A stretch of DNA of 49,808 nt from Methanosarcinales archaeon. Lineage in GTDB: Archaea; Halobacteriota; Methanosarcinia; Methanosarcinales; EX4572-44. The stretch covers positions 1-49,808 of the forward strand of contig RXIJ01000032.1 in the NCBI GenBank assembly GCA_004212095.1, given 5' to 3'. A model generated the notes under the pieces. The model searched no databases and was not told the origin of the DNA. It was given only the letters and a program-made list of their open reading frames with translations. The stretch's first letter is position 1. Each line of letters starts with the position of its first letter. Below are positions 40,301-47,745 of this stretch, piece after piece. Made by a program: the position numbers and the translations under genes.

Positions 40301-41797
40301 AGCGATGCACCTGAGGTGCACAACCACTTCAAGAGTGGAACCTGCATAGAGGCATACTGGACACGCCCCACAGATTCAGACTCATGCATGGGCTGCCACG
40401 ACCAGTCAGAGATGCGCTATACATTCGATGAAAACGAGACGAATCCATACTTCACTAACTTCTCGATTACATCTCATTACGGCGACAATCGAACAGATAT
40501 TGTCACTACATATATCGAAAATGGCACGGAAGATTATTGCGGTTACTGCCATCAGAATATGTCGACTGTATTCGTAGAGCAGCAATCCATGAAAAATGTC
40601 AGCCACTATCATAATCAGGCGTGTGATGAGTGCCATAGCGTAGGTAGGCTCCACAGTGACACATTACAACGGGTACAAACTGATTCGAACTGCACCAACT
40701 GCCATGCAACATATGGATCTGTTCAGAAGGGCTTGAAGTATAAAATTAATGTCACAGCAGTAAATTTAGGAGTGCATGAAAATGTGAATGAGAACATGAA
40801 TTCAGTTGCAATGACAGTAGGGGATGTGAACAACTCCAAGTGTTGGGGTTGCCATGTACCAGAGGGAGCGTTACCGGAAGGTGGGCACAGAGACACCTTT
40901 AACAACGATGCATATCTCTGCTATGACTGCCACAACGGAACCAAAGCGTACCAGAACGTGACGAACGCAACCGCTGTTTACAACCACTTTAAAAGCGGCA
41001 TCAACATCTATGCGCGCACCACCGCGGAGACGAACTCGGAGTCCTGTGGATACGGCTGCCACAACCTCACCACCATGAAAGTACCTGGTTTTGATGCTGG
41101 CGGAAACGCAACCTATCTTCAGAACCTCTCACAGGCATCACACTACCCCAAAAGCCGTCCGGACATCGCCATTCAGAGCAATCTCTCAGACTGCACATGG
41201 TGCCACAGGAATTCGACAAACGAGTTCATTGAAATCTTTGAGTGTGCTGGTTCGCAGAATTACACCGAGAATATTCCGCATGCAACCAGAACAGAATCCT
41301 GCACCATCACAGAGTGCCACAACACAGGACGGATACACGACCAGAACCTGACAATCCCAACTATATCATGGGAGCAGGACTGCGGCAACTGCCATTTTGG
41401 ATTGGCTGATTCTGCTGCAAGTAAATATTATGTGAATGAGACGATGTTTAATTATGGCGTGCATGCAACTGTAAAATGTACAGAATGTCATATCTATACC
41501 GATCAGCCTGTTAACTGGCATCCAATCGAGGAATATACATGGAAATGGTGCGAGTGCTGCCATTCGTATCAGTCAGACTTAATCAACGAGAGCGATCGAC
41601 ACAATGTGACAGATAATCCACTAACATATCTGGTTGAGGAAACATGCGTACTCGAGATTGCAAACTGCACAACCTGCCATAATGCAACGGCTTATGAAAA
41701 TGCAAAGTCAAACTTCAACTCAAGCGCTGAACATGAGTGCAGATGGTGCCATGAATATCCGGACAAAGGCAATAAAACAATCCAGGGCTGGTATTGA
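34376..41797 (+). CDS. Giant multiheme cytochrome c (2473 aa) with ~900-aa NosD/CASH parallel beta-helix N-terminus; 31 CxxCH plus ~5 non-canonical motifs by eye
   Basis: Signal peptide (likely start near 34439), many GI.L..S.NN.I..N.I repeats, then a heme region with repeated CxxCH...GxH...CWxCH...SHY modules. No C-terminal TM. Confidence 0.93.
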   Translation: MMFRHQITGLLQDGIIRKIHFMSCASILFLSACILIIFCGLAGAADYDEISVTTANDEAWSTNLSNSVSNVAGNIIVNDGAVLLIGNATIRMASTYSNKYSIIVCDKGTLNVNGSTITRNNYYYGWRYESGSHGNVANSTVEFCIYNNGFKIETNEAVPLFNVTFDHGDVGYSSDCYGIYMNSASNASIRNCTIKTSSGQSYSNRRYTYGIYIKNSDCCNLTGNTVTDSGDDGIFVQNGDNATLLINNLSGNREGIRLDSCPNSNLSSNIVVDSSKHGINITSSQNCILRSNVIINCSNYYHLYVTGNYDQDIDTTNTVNGGRVYYNCIDSNVTITDSNIGHVTIVDCSDVWFTGCTIHNGDGIRIIGSSSNVSIRNSTIENNTMYGINLESTSWNNITSVIIENNTKQGVYLAGSSNNIINDSDILNNNNYGVHSEGSSSYNNINHNNITNNTQGGICLDGAGHDDVTYNNVLENRGDGGICIGTHHYSSLSTQNTLANNTILSNNKTGIGVYTNYNYLSNNTISSLSGQYALKVSYAMNSFYNYIWRNNTANGEQINYYYDEHDKITELDDNIIENKYLSASNVSNVGKITLINCTNLIVRDCEFSNSSNYGIFLRNSDNNNLTNNTISNNYNGIWLYGSSENNIIDLNTISPSNRYGAYFEEDSDYNNIKDSSFAAMTFNGMYISSDHTTITSTTISSVDEYGLYTKKAHYTNLTNITITSISSHGVYLDTSNYITITDSNVTANNKGVNCFKSDHAEIANTTIRGEDGIYMSKSNWGNLTNNAIDATLRGIFLNTSKDQNLIENNITNYTITGVLLEEYSTNTTIIGNDFQRNSSEFDITLNDSNGCVIAPNNTVTANYTFYLTNDTRLATLDTVFNKTKVCYEDTSNLTLMWRIDVLCWDNYHKEAIMSNLTVQYSDLSDANGLLCWEGEISAGAAVEGQQNGRLSGNPFDYWGPPTSGDNWLPIIEYKENVTGKTTYQSMNCTAISKWDVLYGKTRTYRNVTTTITEPGVTILIDTGYTPNGKCYYCHVDKYVFTNTSHWTEYEETVLEGDEYTPGRCVDCHNENDSIDIPHGNESGKDLLYTQSPQLCYTGRTGGLNCHGANATQTRLVQETEFNRTTHHPLGDGKLSCKACHDNHGTEYRYDLLKYYTNGTNPDTGSLEQGYDSSYYALCFVCHLEEKLVAKMSGETGHLANYMNQTNFRDEYYVTWGFSSGGTGGSTKFKNIHSPQEEAGLWDTTHPEYNCYSCHNPHGSDNPATTRFIANGGPLNYTYITNVSPPDNILWEVLNYANWNNTTLNKGGGLYLSGPGAGCGCHPPDWASLKTNYFTYRTYINYTPAGGAGCLECHDNNASAYNTDPIRPIVNLTAVKLATHTNLSGAFRTGSILQGTDKNFTEWLEYREYTIPQIANITEDNAICWTCHCTNGTPPSPYFHPDRALNPYKCAKCHGPYYGQPPHTQGLVAAVDNHGPTTKGAESILIQTNVRIGGSCDDCHASSKLPDNMIDTSDPNDDLEVWKWGSGEDGYGDDNHWRPYQGRSTMGDVSHYGLNKTQGLALEIDNPLFDTSDCLVCHCNSTNGTIWGNATNISGNMYGADTTNVSECYTYCHVRPDWVSSVNESTLTHFHNKSIYAGGGPNCVLCHDVTSIYGVQSLVNSTAIAEGIHGNVLNNTLVQESYRMDNRSNPCWGCHQSDGKIPKGMGDRNGATDVDGNGIITVEELPYTCEDCHARSEAWSGATSDGHTWESASDPALGLSRLPPEITAHYPNSTHVRTTHHSDNGRCVDCHNNSFNSDNNDTAYKELGHTIFSGVSHYGTSKDLLTPTKMCRYCHDNTTSARANATLYGNATANKHGNFTDEANPDDGCYRCHTQNETPIDFHNMNAGGIPGDPDCLKCHSTNGTSERRRIDEIAYMGAIHAGMNNASVDGDINKSCWVCHFPEGVGMDEHSNRREPAYHCYDCHNKDNTTVFGNVSDAPEVHNHFKSGTCIEAYWTRPTDSDSCMGCHDQSEMRYTFDENETNPYFTNFSITSHYGDNRTDIVTTYIENGTEDYCGYCHQNMSTVFVEQQSMKNVSHYHNQACDECHSVGRLHSDTLQRVQTDSNCTNCHATYGSVQKGLKYKINVTAVNLGVHENVNENMNSVAMTVGDVNNSKCWGCHVPEGALPEGGHRDTFNNDAYLCYDCHNGTKAYQNVTNATAVYNHFKSGINIYARTTAETNSESCGYGCHNLTTMKVPGFDAGGNATYLQNLSQASHYPKSRPDIAIQSNLSDCTWCHRNSTNEFIEIFECAGSQNYTENIPHATRTESCTITECHNTGRIHDQNLTIPTISWEQDCGNCHFGLADSAASKYYVNETMFNYGVHATVKCTECHIYTDQPVNWHPIEEYTWKWCECCHSYQSDLINESDRHNVTDNPLTYLVEETCVLEIANCTTCHNATAYENAKSNFNSSAEHECRWCHEYPDKGNKTIQGWY

Positions 41798-41803
41798 AAA
41801 ACC

Positions 41804-42220
41804 ATGGGGTTAAAAAAAGTAATTATAGCTGTAATTGCGGTCATGTTAATCATAGGTATAGCCGGTGCGATGTTTTCTAACAGCCATGAATTATACAGCT
41901 ATAAAAATGAGACTGACCCGTGGAAGTTTTGCAACAAGTGCCATCCTTCATCAGTAGCAAATGTTGGTGCTGGTGTACATAGTGATGTGAATTGTTTATG
42001 CCATGGCTACAATCCAAACACAACTCCACCGGTTAATATGATACACAATCTTACCCGGAATATTTATTGTACCAATTGTCACTCAAATTACAATGAAAAA
42101 ACTGGTGATATTACACTCTATACAGGAATAAGTGGATTAAACCAGTCTGCACATTACATAATAAGTAGATCAGATTCCCAATTATATAATAATAGTATGG
42201 AGTTCTTCAATGAAACGTAG
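41804..42220 (+). CDS. Small secreted cytochrome c (2 CxxCH + CxCH)
   Basis: Signal peptide; CNKCH, CLCH, CTNCH. Confidence 0.85.
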   Translation: MGLKKVIIAVIAVMLIIGIAGAMFSNSHELYSYKNETDPWKFCNKCHPSSVANVGAGVHSDVNCLCHGYNPNTTPPVNMIHNLTRNIYCTNCHSNYNEKTGDITLYTGISGLNQSAHYIISRSDSQLYNNSMEFFNET

Positions 42221-42977
42221 TAATATTATATTATTACTATTTGCCTTAATGTCGCTTGCAATGTTTGTGATGCCTGACATATTTTCAATGTTTAGTGGGC
42301 AGCACGTCTTTTATAATCAGATAAACTGTCAGAAATGCCATGAAGAAGAATACGGAGAGGTGTGGGCTACATCAGCAGCAGGGGATGCACACATCAGAGC
42401 TGCAAACAACACCAATTACACCACATACCTTGTAATTGGCGGTATTAATTATCATCAATCAAGTGGCACCATTAACACAGTAGAAGATAAGATCTGGACA
42501 TGGAATGGAAGTTTGTGGATCAATGACACAGAATCAAGATTGGAAAAGTTAGATGCGGATGGCAGCAATGAAATCGATGGAAATGAAATCTGCCACCTCT
42601 GCCATAATTCATCACTGGCAGATAAACACAGTCATGGACTTATCGTAAGAACGTGCGATGATGACTGGTGCCATGGAAATAGAAATTATACGTTCAATGA
42701 TCCTCAGTTATTCAACACATTGCCAACAGTTGATGCTGGAAATATTTTGAATGAATCGAACAATCTTCATAATGCATTCTATCTAAGTCTGGTTAATGAG
42801 CCAACCGGATTTGTGGCAGGTGAACCATTCAACCATACTCCAGGAAATCTTGCCGGTGATTATACTTCAAAGAGCTATCTGGCATGCATTAGTTGTCACT
42901 CAACTGTCCGGGTAGATATAACAATCGCCCAAAGTAGGTCCAATCATACAGGCGAAAAACGGCGAAAATATTCATAA
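42210..42977 (+). CDS. Second AvECN-like tetraheme cytochrome (3 CxxCH + CX4CH)
   Basis: MPDIFSMFSGQHVFY, CQKCH, CHLCH, CDDDWCH, ACISCH. Same layout as 22571..23239. Confidence 0.8.
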   Translation: MKRSNIILLLFALMSLAMFVMPDIFSMFSGQHVFYNQINCQKCHEEEYGEVWATSAAGDAHIRAANNTNYTTYLVIGGINYHQSSGTINTVEDKIWTWNGSLWINDTESRLEKLDADGSNEIDGNEICHLCHNSSLADKHSHGLIVRTCDDDWCHGNRNYTFNDPQLFNTLPTVDAGNILNESNNLHNAFYLSLVNEPTGFVAGEPFNHTPGNLAGDYTSKSYLACISCHSTVRVDITIAQSRSNHTGEKRRKYS

Positions 42978-43387
42978 ATCGCTCTTATTTTATGTGATAG
43001 TGTTGACGCTGCAATGCCTCCAAATATTGTGCTTAAAATATCCGGGATTTTAAGAGTGTTTACAATAAACTGTTGGAATGCGATGAAGTTTTTTGGATGA
43101 CACGTAATACCATGAATAATCACCGGTTTAAAATAGTAAATAAACAGATATCCGGTAAAAAGCGACATTACAGCAACCACTCCAAAATAGCATAGACCAA
43201 TTGCTGAAATATCCCTATTATTCTCTTTATTGTATCTGCTCAAAACCACAAGCCCTATTCCACTAACAAACCCGGCGATTACAGCAACAATTGGTGCAAA
43301 ATAATTAACAAGTAAAACAAATAGGCTATAGATAATACCTCCAGCAACAACACTTGCTGTGGTTGCAATCAAAAAATTCCTTATCAT
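42944..43387 (-). CDS. Small 4-TM membrane protein, unknown function
   Basis: Four hydrophobic segments. The 3' end overlaps the convergent gene. Confidence 0.65.
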   Translation of the reverse strand: MIRNFLIATTASVVAGGIIYSLFVLLVNYFAPIVAVIAGFVSGIGLVVLSRYNKENNRDISAIGLCYFGVVAVMSLFTGYLFIYYFKPVIIHGITCHPKNFIAFQQFIVNTLKIPDILSTIFGGIAASTLSHKIRAIYEYFRRFSPV

Positions 43388-43407
43388 TAGATCAACATAT
43401 GTTTTAA

Positions 43408-43683
43408 CTAAATTGCATCTGTCAGTTTTAGCTTCGCCTCAATTAAATTATCCCATGCTAAAGATTTATTATTATCCAAAGCATGCAATCCCTCTAATAT
43501 TTTTAATTTCACTTCTCGGATATCCGCGCCTGCCTTTTTAGCTTGTTGCATGTGACTTTCAGTTCTCGAAATAGCGACTCTTAGGTCATGCTCTGTCCAG
43601 ATTTCTATTTCTTCTTTTTCACCCATCTTTTCACACATCCTTTGAGCCCCAACCCCTCTACACATGGATGAATTCAGGTGCAT
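43408..43683 (-). CDS. Small helical hypothetical protein (start uncertain, probably MGEKEE near 43626)
   Basis: Amphipathic helical pattern AKKAGADIREV...L..A. Confidence 0.5.
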   Translation of the reverse strand: MHLNSSMCRGVGAQRMCEKMGEKEEIEIWTEHDLRVAISRTESHMQQAKKAGADIREVKLKILEGLHALDNNKSLAWDNLIEAKLKLTDAI

Positions 43684-43808
43684 CCATATGCTGGGCTTTA
43701 ATTCTTCTTTCTCTTGATTCTATTTATGTAAAAAAATAAAAGAAAGAGAGTGAGAATTTACTCCCCCCTGTCTTTTAATCTATGTTTTATCGCTGTGTAG
43801 GTTTGTTT

Positions 43809-44333
43809 CTATCGGATAAGTTCTTTTAATTTTTTTAACTCTATTACATGGTTTTTAACATCTTCTTCTTCTGCATATCTTAGATCGTTGGTTCTTAAAT
43901 CGATCTTCTTGATAAATTCTTCAACAGGTATTCTCGCAATCTCCCCAAGCGTACCTACAAGCTCTTTAATTTTTTGTGGATGCATTCGCAACTCAATTGC
44001 TTGTGCAATCAACGGTTGAACAATATCTTTTGCACAATTCACAAATTCAGGTATAACTAAATTTACGCATGCTTCTTCACCGCATCGGACAATTACCATT
44101 GATCTGTCGCTCTGATAGTTTTTCAAAGAGCCTCCATGGCCAAAATAGCACGCGTGTGCTCTCACGATATAGCATCCTGGAGGAACTTGTAGTTCCCTAG
44201 GGAGGTCACCCCATGAAGCTGTTTCGATTACCCTACCATGACAATCAACAACAGTTACACCGGCCTTTTTAGCAAGCTCACATTTCAGATCACGGACCCA
44301 TACATTTAGTTTTGCAAATCCCATTTTTTTCAT
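43809..44333 (-). CDS. Cys-rich hypothetical protein (beta N-domain + helical C-domain)
   Basis: 174-aa ORF with AGGAG RBS. Motifs VPPGCYIVRAHAC and VRCGEEACVNL. Confidence 0.7.
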   Translation of the reverse strand: MKKMGFAKLNVWVRDLKCELAKKAGVTVVDCHGRVIETASWGDLPRELQVPPGCYIVRAHACYFGHGGSLKNYQSDRSMVIVRCGEEACVNLVIPEFVNCAKDIVQPLIAQAIELRMHPQKIKELVGTLGEIARIPVEEFIKKIDLRTNDLRYAEEEDVKNHVIELKKLKELIR

Positions 44334-44617
44334 TCATCTCCTACTTATTCGGGTATTTATATAGCGCCCCTTATGGGCGCTCTGATGCCACCCTTACCAC
44401 AGTACCCGAAGGCAAATCCCTGTGCATCTTGAATTTTTTGAACCGTGGTTTTTTCTTTTGGCACATACTATTAAGTCTCACCCTTCCCACTCTGCAATGA
44501 ATTGCAGATTATCCGTGCCTCCTTCGGGATTGGTATTACTTTTTTAAATCATTATACCCCGCAGTAATGAGCAATAAACTTGTTAGCGTTTTTCATTTAT
44601 AAAGGTTTCGTTTTTAT

Positions 44618-44751
44618 GGGGCTGTAAACTCTCCGGGTGTTATACCAGAACTCTAATTTCTTTCATGCGTTCAAACATAGAACAGCAGATATTATACCTG
44701 AATACACAACCAAGTCGAAACAATGCCAACACCCAATAACTTTACGAGTCC
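44618..44751. mobile_element. MITE-like element, copy 4
   Basis: GGGGCTGTAAACT...ACTTTACGAGTCC, collinear with copy 1. Confidence 0.85.
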
Positions 44752-44790
44752 ATAATTTGCAAAAGCTTATATTGTATTAAATATTATATT

Positions 44791-45198
44791 TTGATTATGA
44801 GGTCGATTATTGTTGTTATATTATTCATGGTGCTGTTCTTTGCGTCTGGTTGTGTTGATAAGGATAAACCAGTCGTAACAACCAAAATAACAATCATGGA
44901 AACAGACGGGGAACCTCAAATCACACAACTACAGGTGGAAACAGACAGTGTAAACAGATTAGAAGAATATCGCGACATGTCACCACCATTTCCATGTGTA
45001 GCTCTTACCGTCATAAAAGACATGCGAGAAATCGGCTACCGACGATACAAAAGCTACACAGGCGAGGGTGAATACGAGATAACAACAGACCTTAGAACAG
45101 TACCAGATACTGGAAACACTGTCGATGTGATTGTAAAGGTGTATGATGGAATGGGTAACACTCTTTGCAAAAAAAGGACACCACTGCAGTGGCAATGA
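44791..45198 (+). CDS. Lipoprotein, beta-sandwich-like, unknown function
   Basis: Hydrophobic leader ending FASGC. ATGA overlap with the next gene. Confidence 0.75.
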   Translation: MIMRSIIVVILFMVLFFASGCVDKDKPVVTTKITIMETDGEPQITQLQVETDSVNRLEEYRDMSPPFPCVALTVIKDMREIGYRRYKSYTGEGEYEITTDLRTVPDTGNTVDVIVKVYDGMGNTLCKKRTPLQWQ

Positions 45199-45683
45199 AA
45201 GATATACCATACATCATAACAATGGTTCTGACAGGTGTAATTCTTATATCCAGTATCGTGTATATTGCAGCCACAACCAACGTTTTTACATCAAGCAATG
45301 TCACAAACCCACAAATAATAATACCTGAATTCGAAGAGATACCGGAACAAGCAATTGAATGTAATATCTGCCATAAGCAACCGGAAAACCTCACCAGACA
45401 TAAAGACGGGGGGAAATATTGTAAAGCATGTCATGGGGCAGACCTGCATGGCCTGCATACCAGTGATAAAACAGTGGACTTGTCCTGTCAATACTGCCAC
45501 ACAGACAATGCAACCACACCTCAACGTCTGCCTGGTCATGAAAGTATCTGTGATACCTGTCATAATTACTACGATCCGCTGAAGCCAAGCTCTGGGAATA
45601 TCATAGACATACATGTCAAAAAAGGCTATACATGCGATCTTTGTCACATACAGGATCTTCAAAGCCTCCATGAACGATCTTAG
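45195..45683 (+). CDS. Membrane-anchored pentaheme cytochrome c
   Basis: N-terminal TM; CNICH, CKACH, CQYCH, CDTCH, CDLCH. Paralog of 21735..22307. Confidence 0.9.
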   Translation: MKDIPYIITMVLTGVILISSIVYIAATTNVFTSSNVTNPQIIIPEFEEIPEQAIECNICHKQPENLTRHKDGGKYCKACHGADLHGLHTSDKTVDLSCQYCHTDNATTPQRLPGHESICDTCHNYYDPLKPSSGNIIDIHVKKGYTCDLCHIQDLQSLHERS

Positions 45684-45777
45684 AATTCCAGCATCGCCGA
45701 TGGAAAACAAAAACTCAAGATTTATAAATGATGGGGTTGGAACTACATAATTAAATTATAAAAGGTTATAAATTTCA

Positions 45778-46362
45778 ATGAATAGTGTCAAAGGATTTAA
45801 AATAGGAATCATCGTAGTAATAATTGTTATTATCTCTACAGCAGTTATCATGTATCAACCCGATACAGATAAAACAAAAGCAAGCACAATAGATGAAATA
45901 ACCACACCGTTGCCAGCTCCAGTTACAACAGTAGTTGCAATACCTTCTTCCACGACCACTTCGCAGACAGATACAACATATAATTCATGTGAGAATTGCC
46001 ATTTAACAGATAAACGCAGCATACCTCAAGCAGATAGCCTGCACAATGAAATGGCACGATACTGCATGCTCTGCCATACGATAGAACACAACTCCCATCC
46101 AATGGAAGATGAGGGTGTTTCATGTAACGATTGCCATGGAGAAAAGGGTGCAGTTCCTACTCTGGAAGAGGGTGCAGTTAGATGTGGAAAATGTCATAGC
46201 TATCCAGACCCAATAGAAACATGCAATGGTAACTTAATTACAGTGCATCGTCCACGTGGTGTAGCATGTTCTAACTGTCACGGAGACGATGTGTTGGCAA
46301 TACACCTATCTGGTAAGAATGTGTACATTGAGGATATGCTGCAATATCTTGAGCGAACATAG
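45778..46362 (+). CDS. Membrane-anchored pentaheme cytochrome c with Thr-rich linker
   Basis: N-terminal TM; CENCH, CMLCH, CNDCH, CGKCH, CSNCH. Confidence 0.9.
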   Translation: MNSVKGFKIGIIVVIIVIISTAVIMYQPDTDKTKASTIDEITTPLPAPVTTVVAIPSSTTTSQTDTTYNSCENCHLTDKRSIPQADSLHNEMARYCMLCHTIEHNSHPMEDEGVSCNDCHGEKGAVPTLEEGAVRCGKCHSYPDPIETCNGNLITVHRPRGVACSNCHGDDVLAIHLSGKNVYIEDMLQYLERT

Positions 46363-46428
46363 TATACTATGACATTTCTAAAATTAACACAACTTTAATA
46401 AATACCATATTTTGCCATCTGTACTTTT

Positions 46429-47730
46429 TTATTTCCCCATGTTGCTGCTCGTATCACCAGTATCTTCGCTGTAAATATTATGTTCAATCATTGATTCGAA
46501 CATGAAGTATTTTTCTACATAACCGCGCAGTTCCTCGTCTGATATACAGGACACTCGCTGCTCTGTATCATACAATCGATGAATCTCTCTCTGGATTGCT
46601 TTTATACGCCTGTCATGTTTGTCAAGAGTAATTGTCACACGCATCAGTTTATTCAATGTCTCTTCTACTTTATGCCGGATCACTTCAAGTCCGGAAGAGT
46701 CCCCAATCAGAAGCTGCCTGGTTGCTCCTATCAACTCTGGCGGATAAGGCTCGTATGTAAATGGGTTTTTGATAACACCTGCTGAGTGGATTCCACTTTC
46801 ATGTGCAAATACATTTCGACCCACAAGTGCTTTGTTACATGGTATGCGAATTCCAATTTCATCCTCCATAAAACGAGAGAATTCACTGATAGTGCTTAAG
46901 TCATATTTATCAAAACCTTCCACCCTCTGCTTTAAAAATAGCAATATCTTCTCAAGTTCGGCATTACCAGCACGTTCCCCTATACCAAGGAAGGTGACAC
47001 TTGTCCAGTTAGCACCATGCCAGTAAGCTGAAATAGTGTTTGACACACCGAACCCAAAGTCATCATGCATGTGCGATTCAATATTCTTTACCCCAATTTC
47101 CTTCAATCCATTGATAATATAAGGTATCCCGTATGGTTCGCTCACATCCACAAATGGTACTCCAAAACCAAGCGTGTCACATGGTCTAATAATGCAGTTG
47201 GGGTCTATCTCAATTAGTTCTTTTACCAGCGGGAATACGAAATTATTGATATCTGAACGGGTAATATCCTCAATGTGAGCACGTGTACGAAGCCCATGAT
47301 CCACTGCATACTGCAAAGTTTCAATATACTTGCCCCGTGCTTCTTCTCTATTTTTAAGACCCATCTTCTCAATAATGTGTGAATCTGACACCGACATGAG
47401 GATACCAGTTTCTTCTATTCCCTCCATACTCAGTACAGAATCGATATCCTTTGGATTAGATCTTGCCCAACCCGTCACTTCGGGGCATTCATACCCGTAA
47501 TCAAGCATGTCACGCACTGCTGCACGATCCCGCTCATTGAACACAAAAGCTTCAAGCTTTTCAATACACATTTTATGCAGGTAATCGTATATCTTCAGCT
47601 TGTGGCGTTTCTTAAGTACTATTCCTGCCATCTGAGAGCCATCACGGATCGTGCTATCGCTGATATACACGTCCTGTCCATGGGGCAGCTTAATCTTAGG
47701 CAAATCTTCGTATGAACGATATTCTTTCAT
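46429..47730 (-). CDS. DRE-TIM metallolyase (isopropylmalate/homocitrate synthase family), Re-citrate-synthase-like
   Basis: DSTIRDGSQ, CDTLGFG, HMHDDFG, GIGERAGNA, FAHESGIH. True start MKEYRS at 47730 after GGAGAGG; the track's extension is repeat DNA. Confidence 0.8.
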   Translation of the reverse strand: MKEYRSYEDLPKIKLPHGQDVYISDSTIRDGSQMAGIVLKKRHKLKIYDYLHKMCIEKLEAFVFNERDRAAVRDMLDYGYECPEVTGWARSNPKDIDSVLSMEGIEETGILMSVSDSHIIEKMGLKNREEARGKYIETLQYAVDHGLRTRAHIEDITRSDINNFVFPLVKELIEIDPNCIIRPCDTLGFGVPFVDVSEPYGIPYIINGLKEIGVKNIESHMHDDFGFGVSNTISAYWHGANWTSVTFLGIGERAGNAELEKILLFLKQRVEGFDKYDLSTISEFSRFMEDEIGIRIPCNKALVGRNVFAHESGIHSAGVIKNPFTYEPYPPELIGATRQLLIGDSSGLEVIRHKVEETLNKLMRVTITLDKHDRRIKAIQREIHRLYDTEQRVSCISDEELRGYVEKYFMFESMIEHNIYSEDTGDTSSNMGK

Positions 47731-47745
47731 ATAAACCTCTCCAAC

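Noticed and set aside
25283..41563. Numerous short overlapping or antisense ORFs inside the giant cytochrome genes
   Set aside because: Expected shadows of long coding sequences; no motifs or RBS support.
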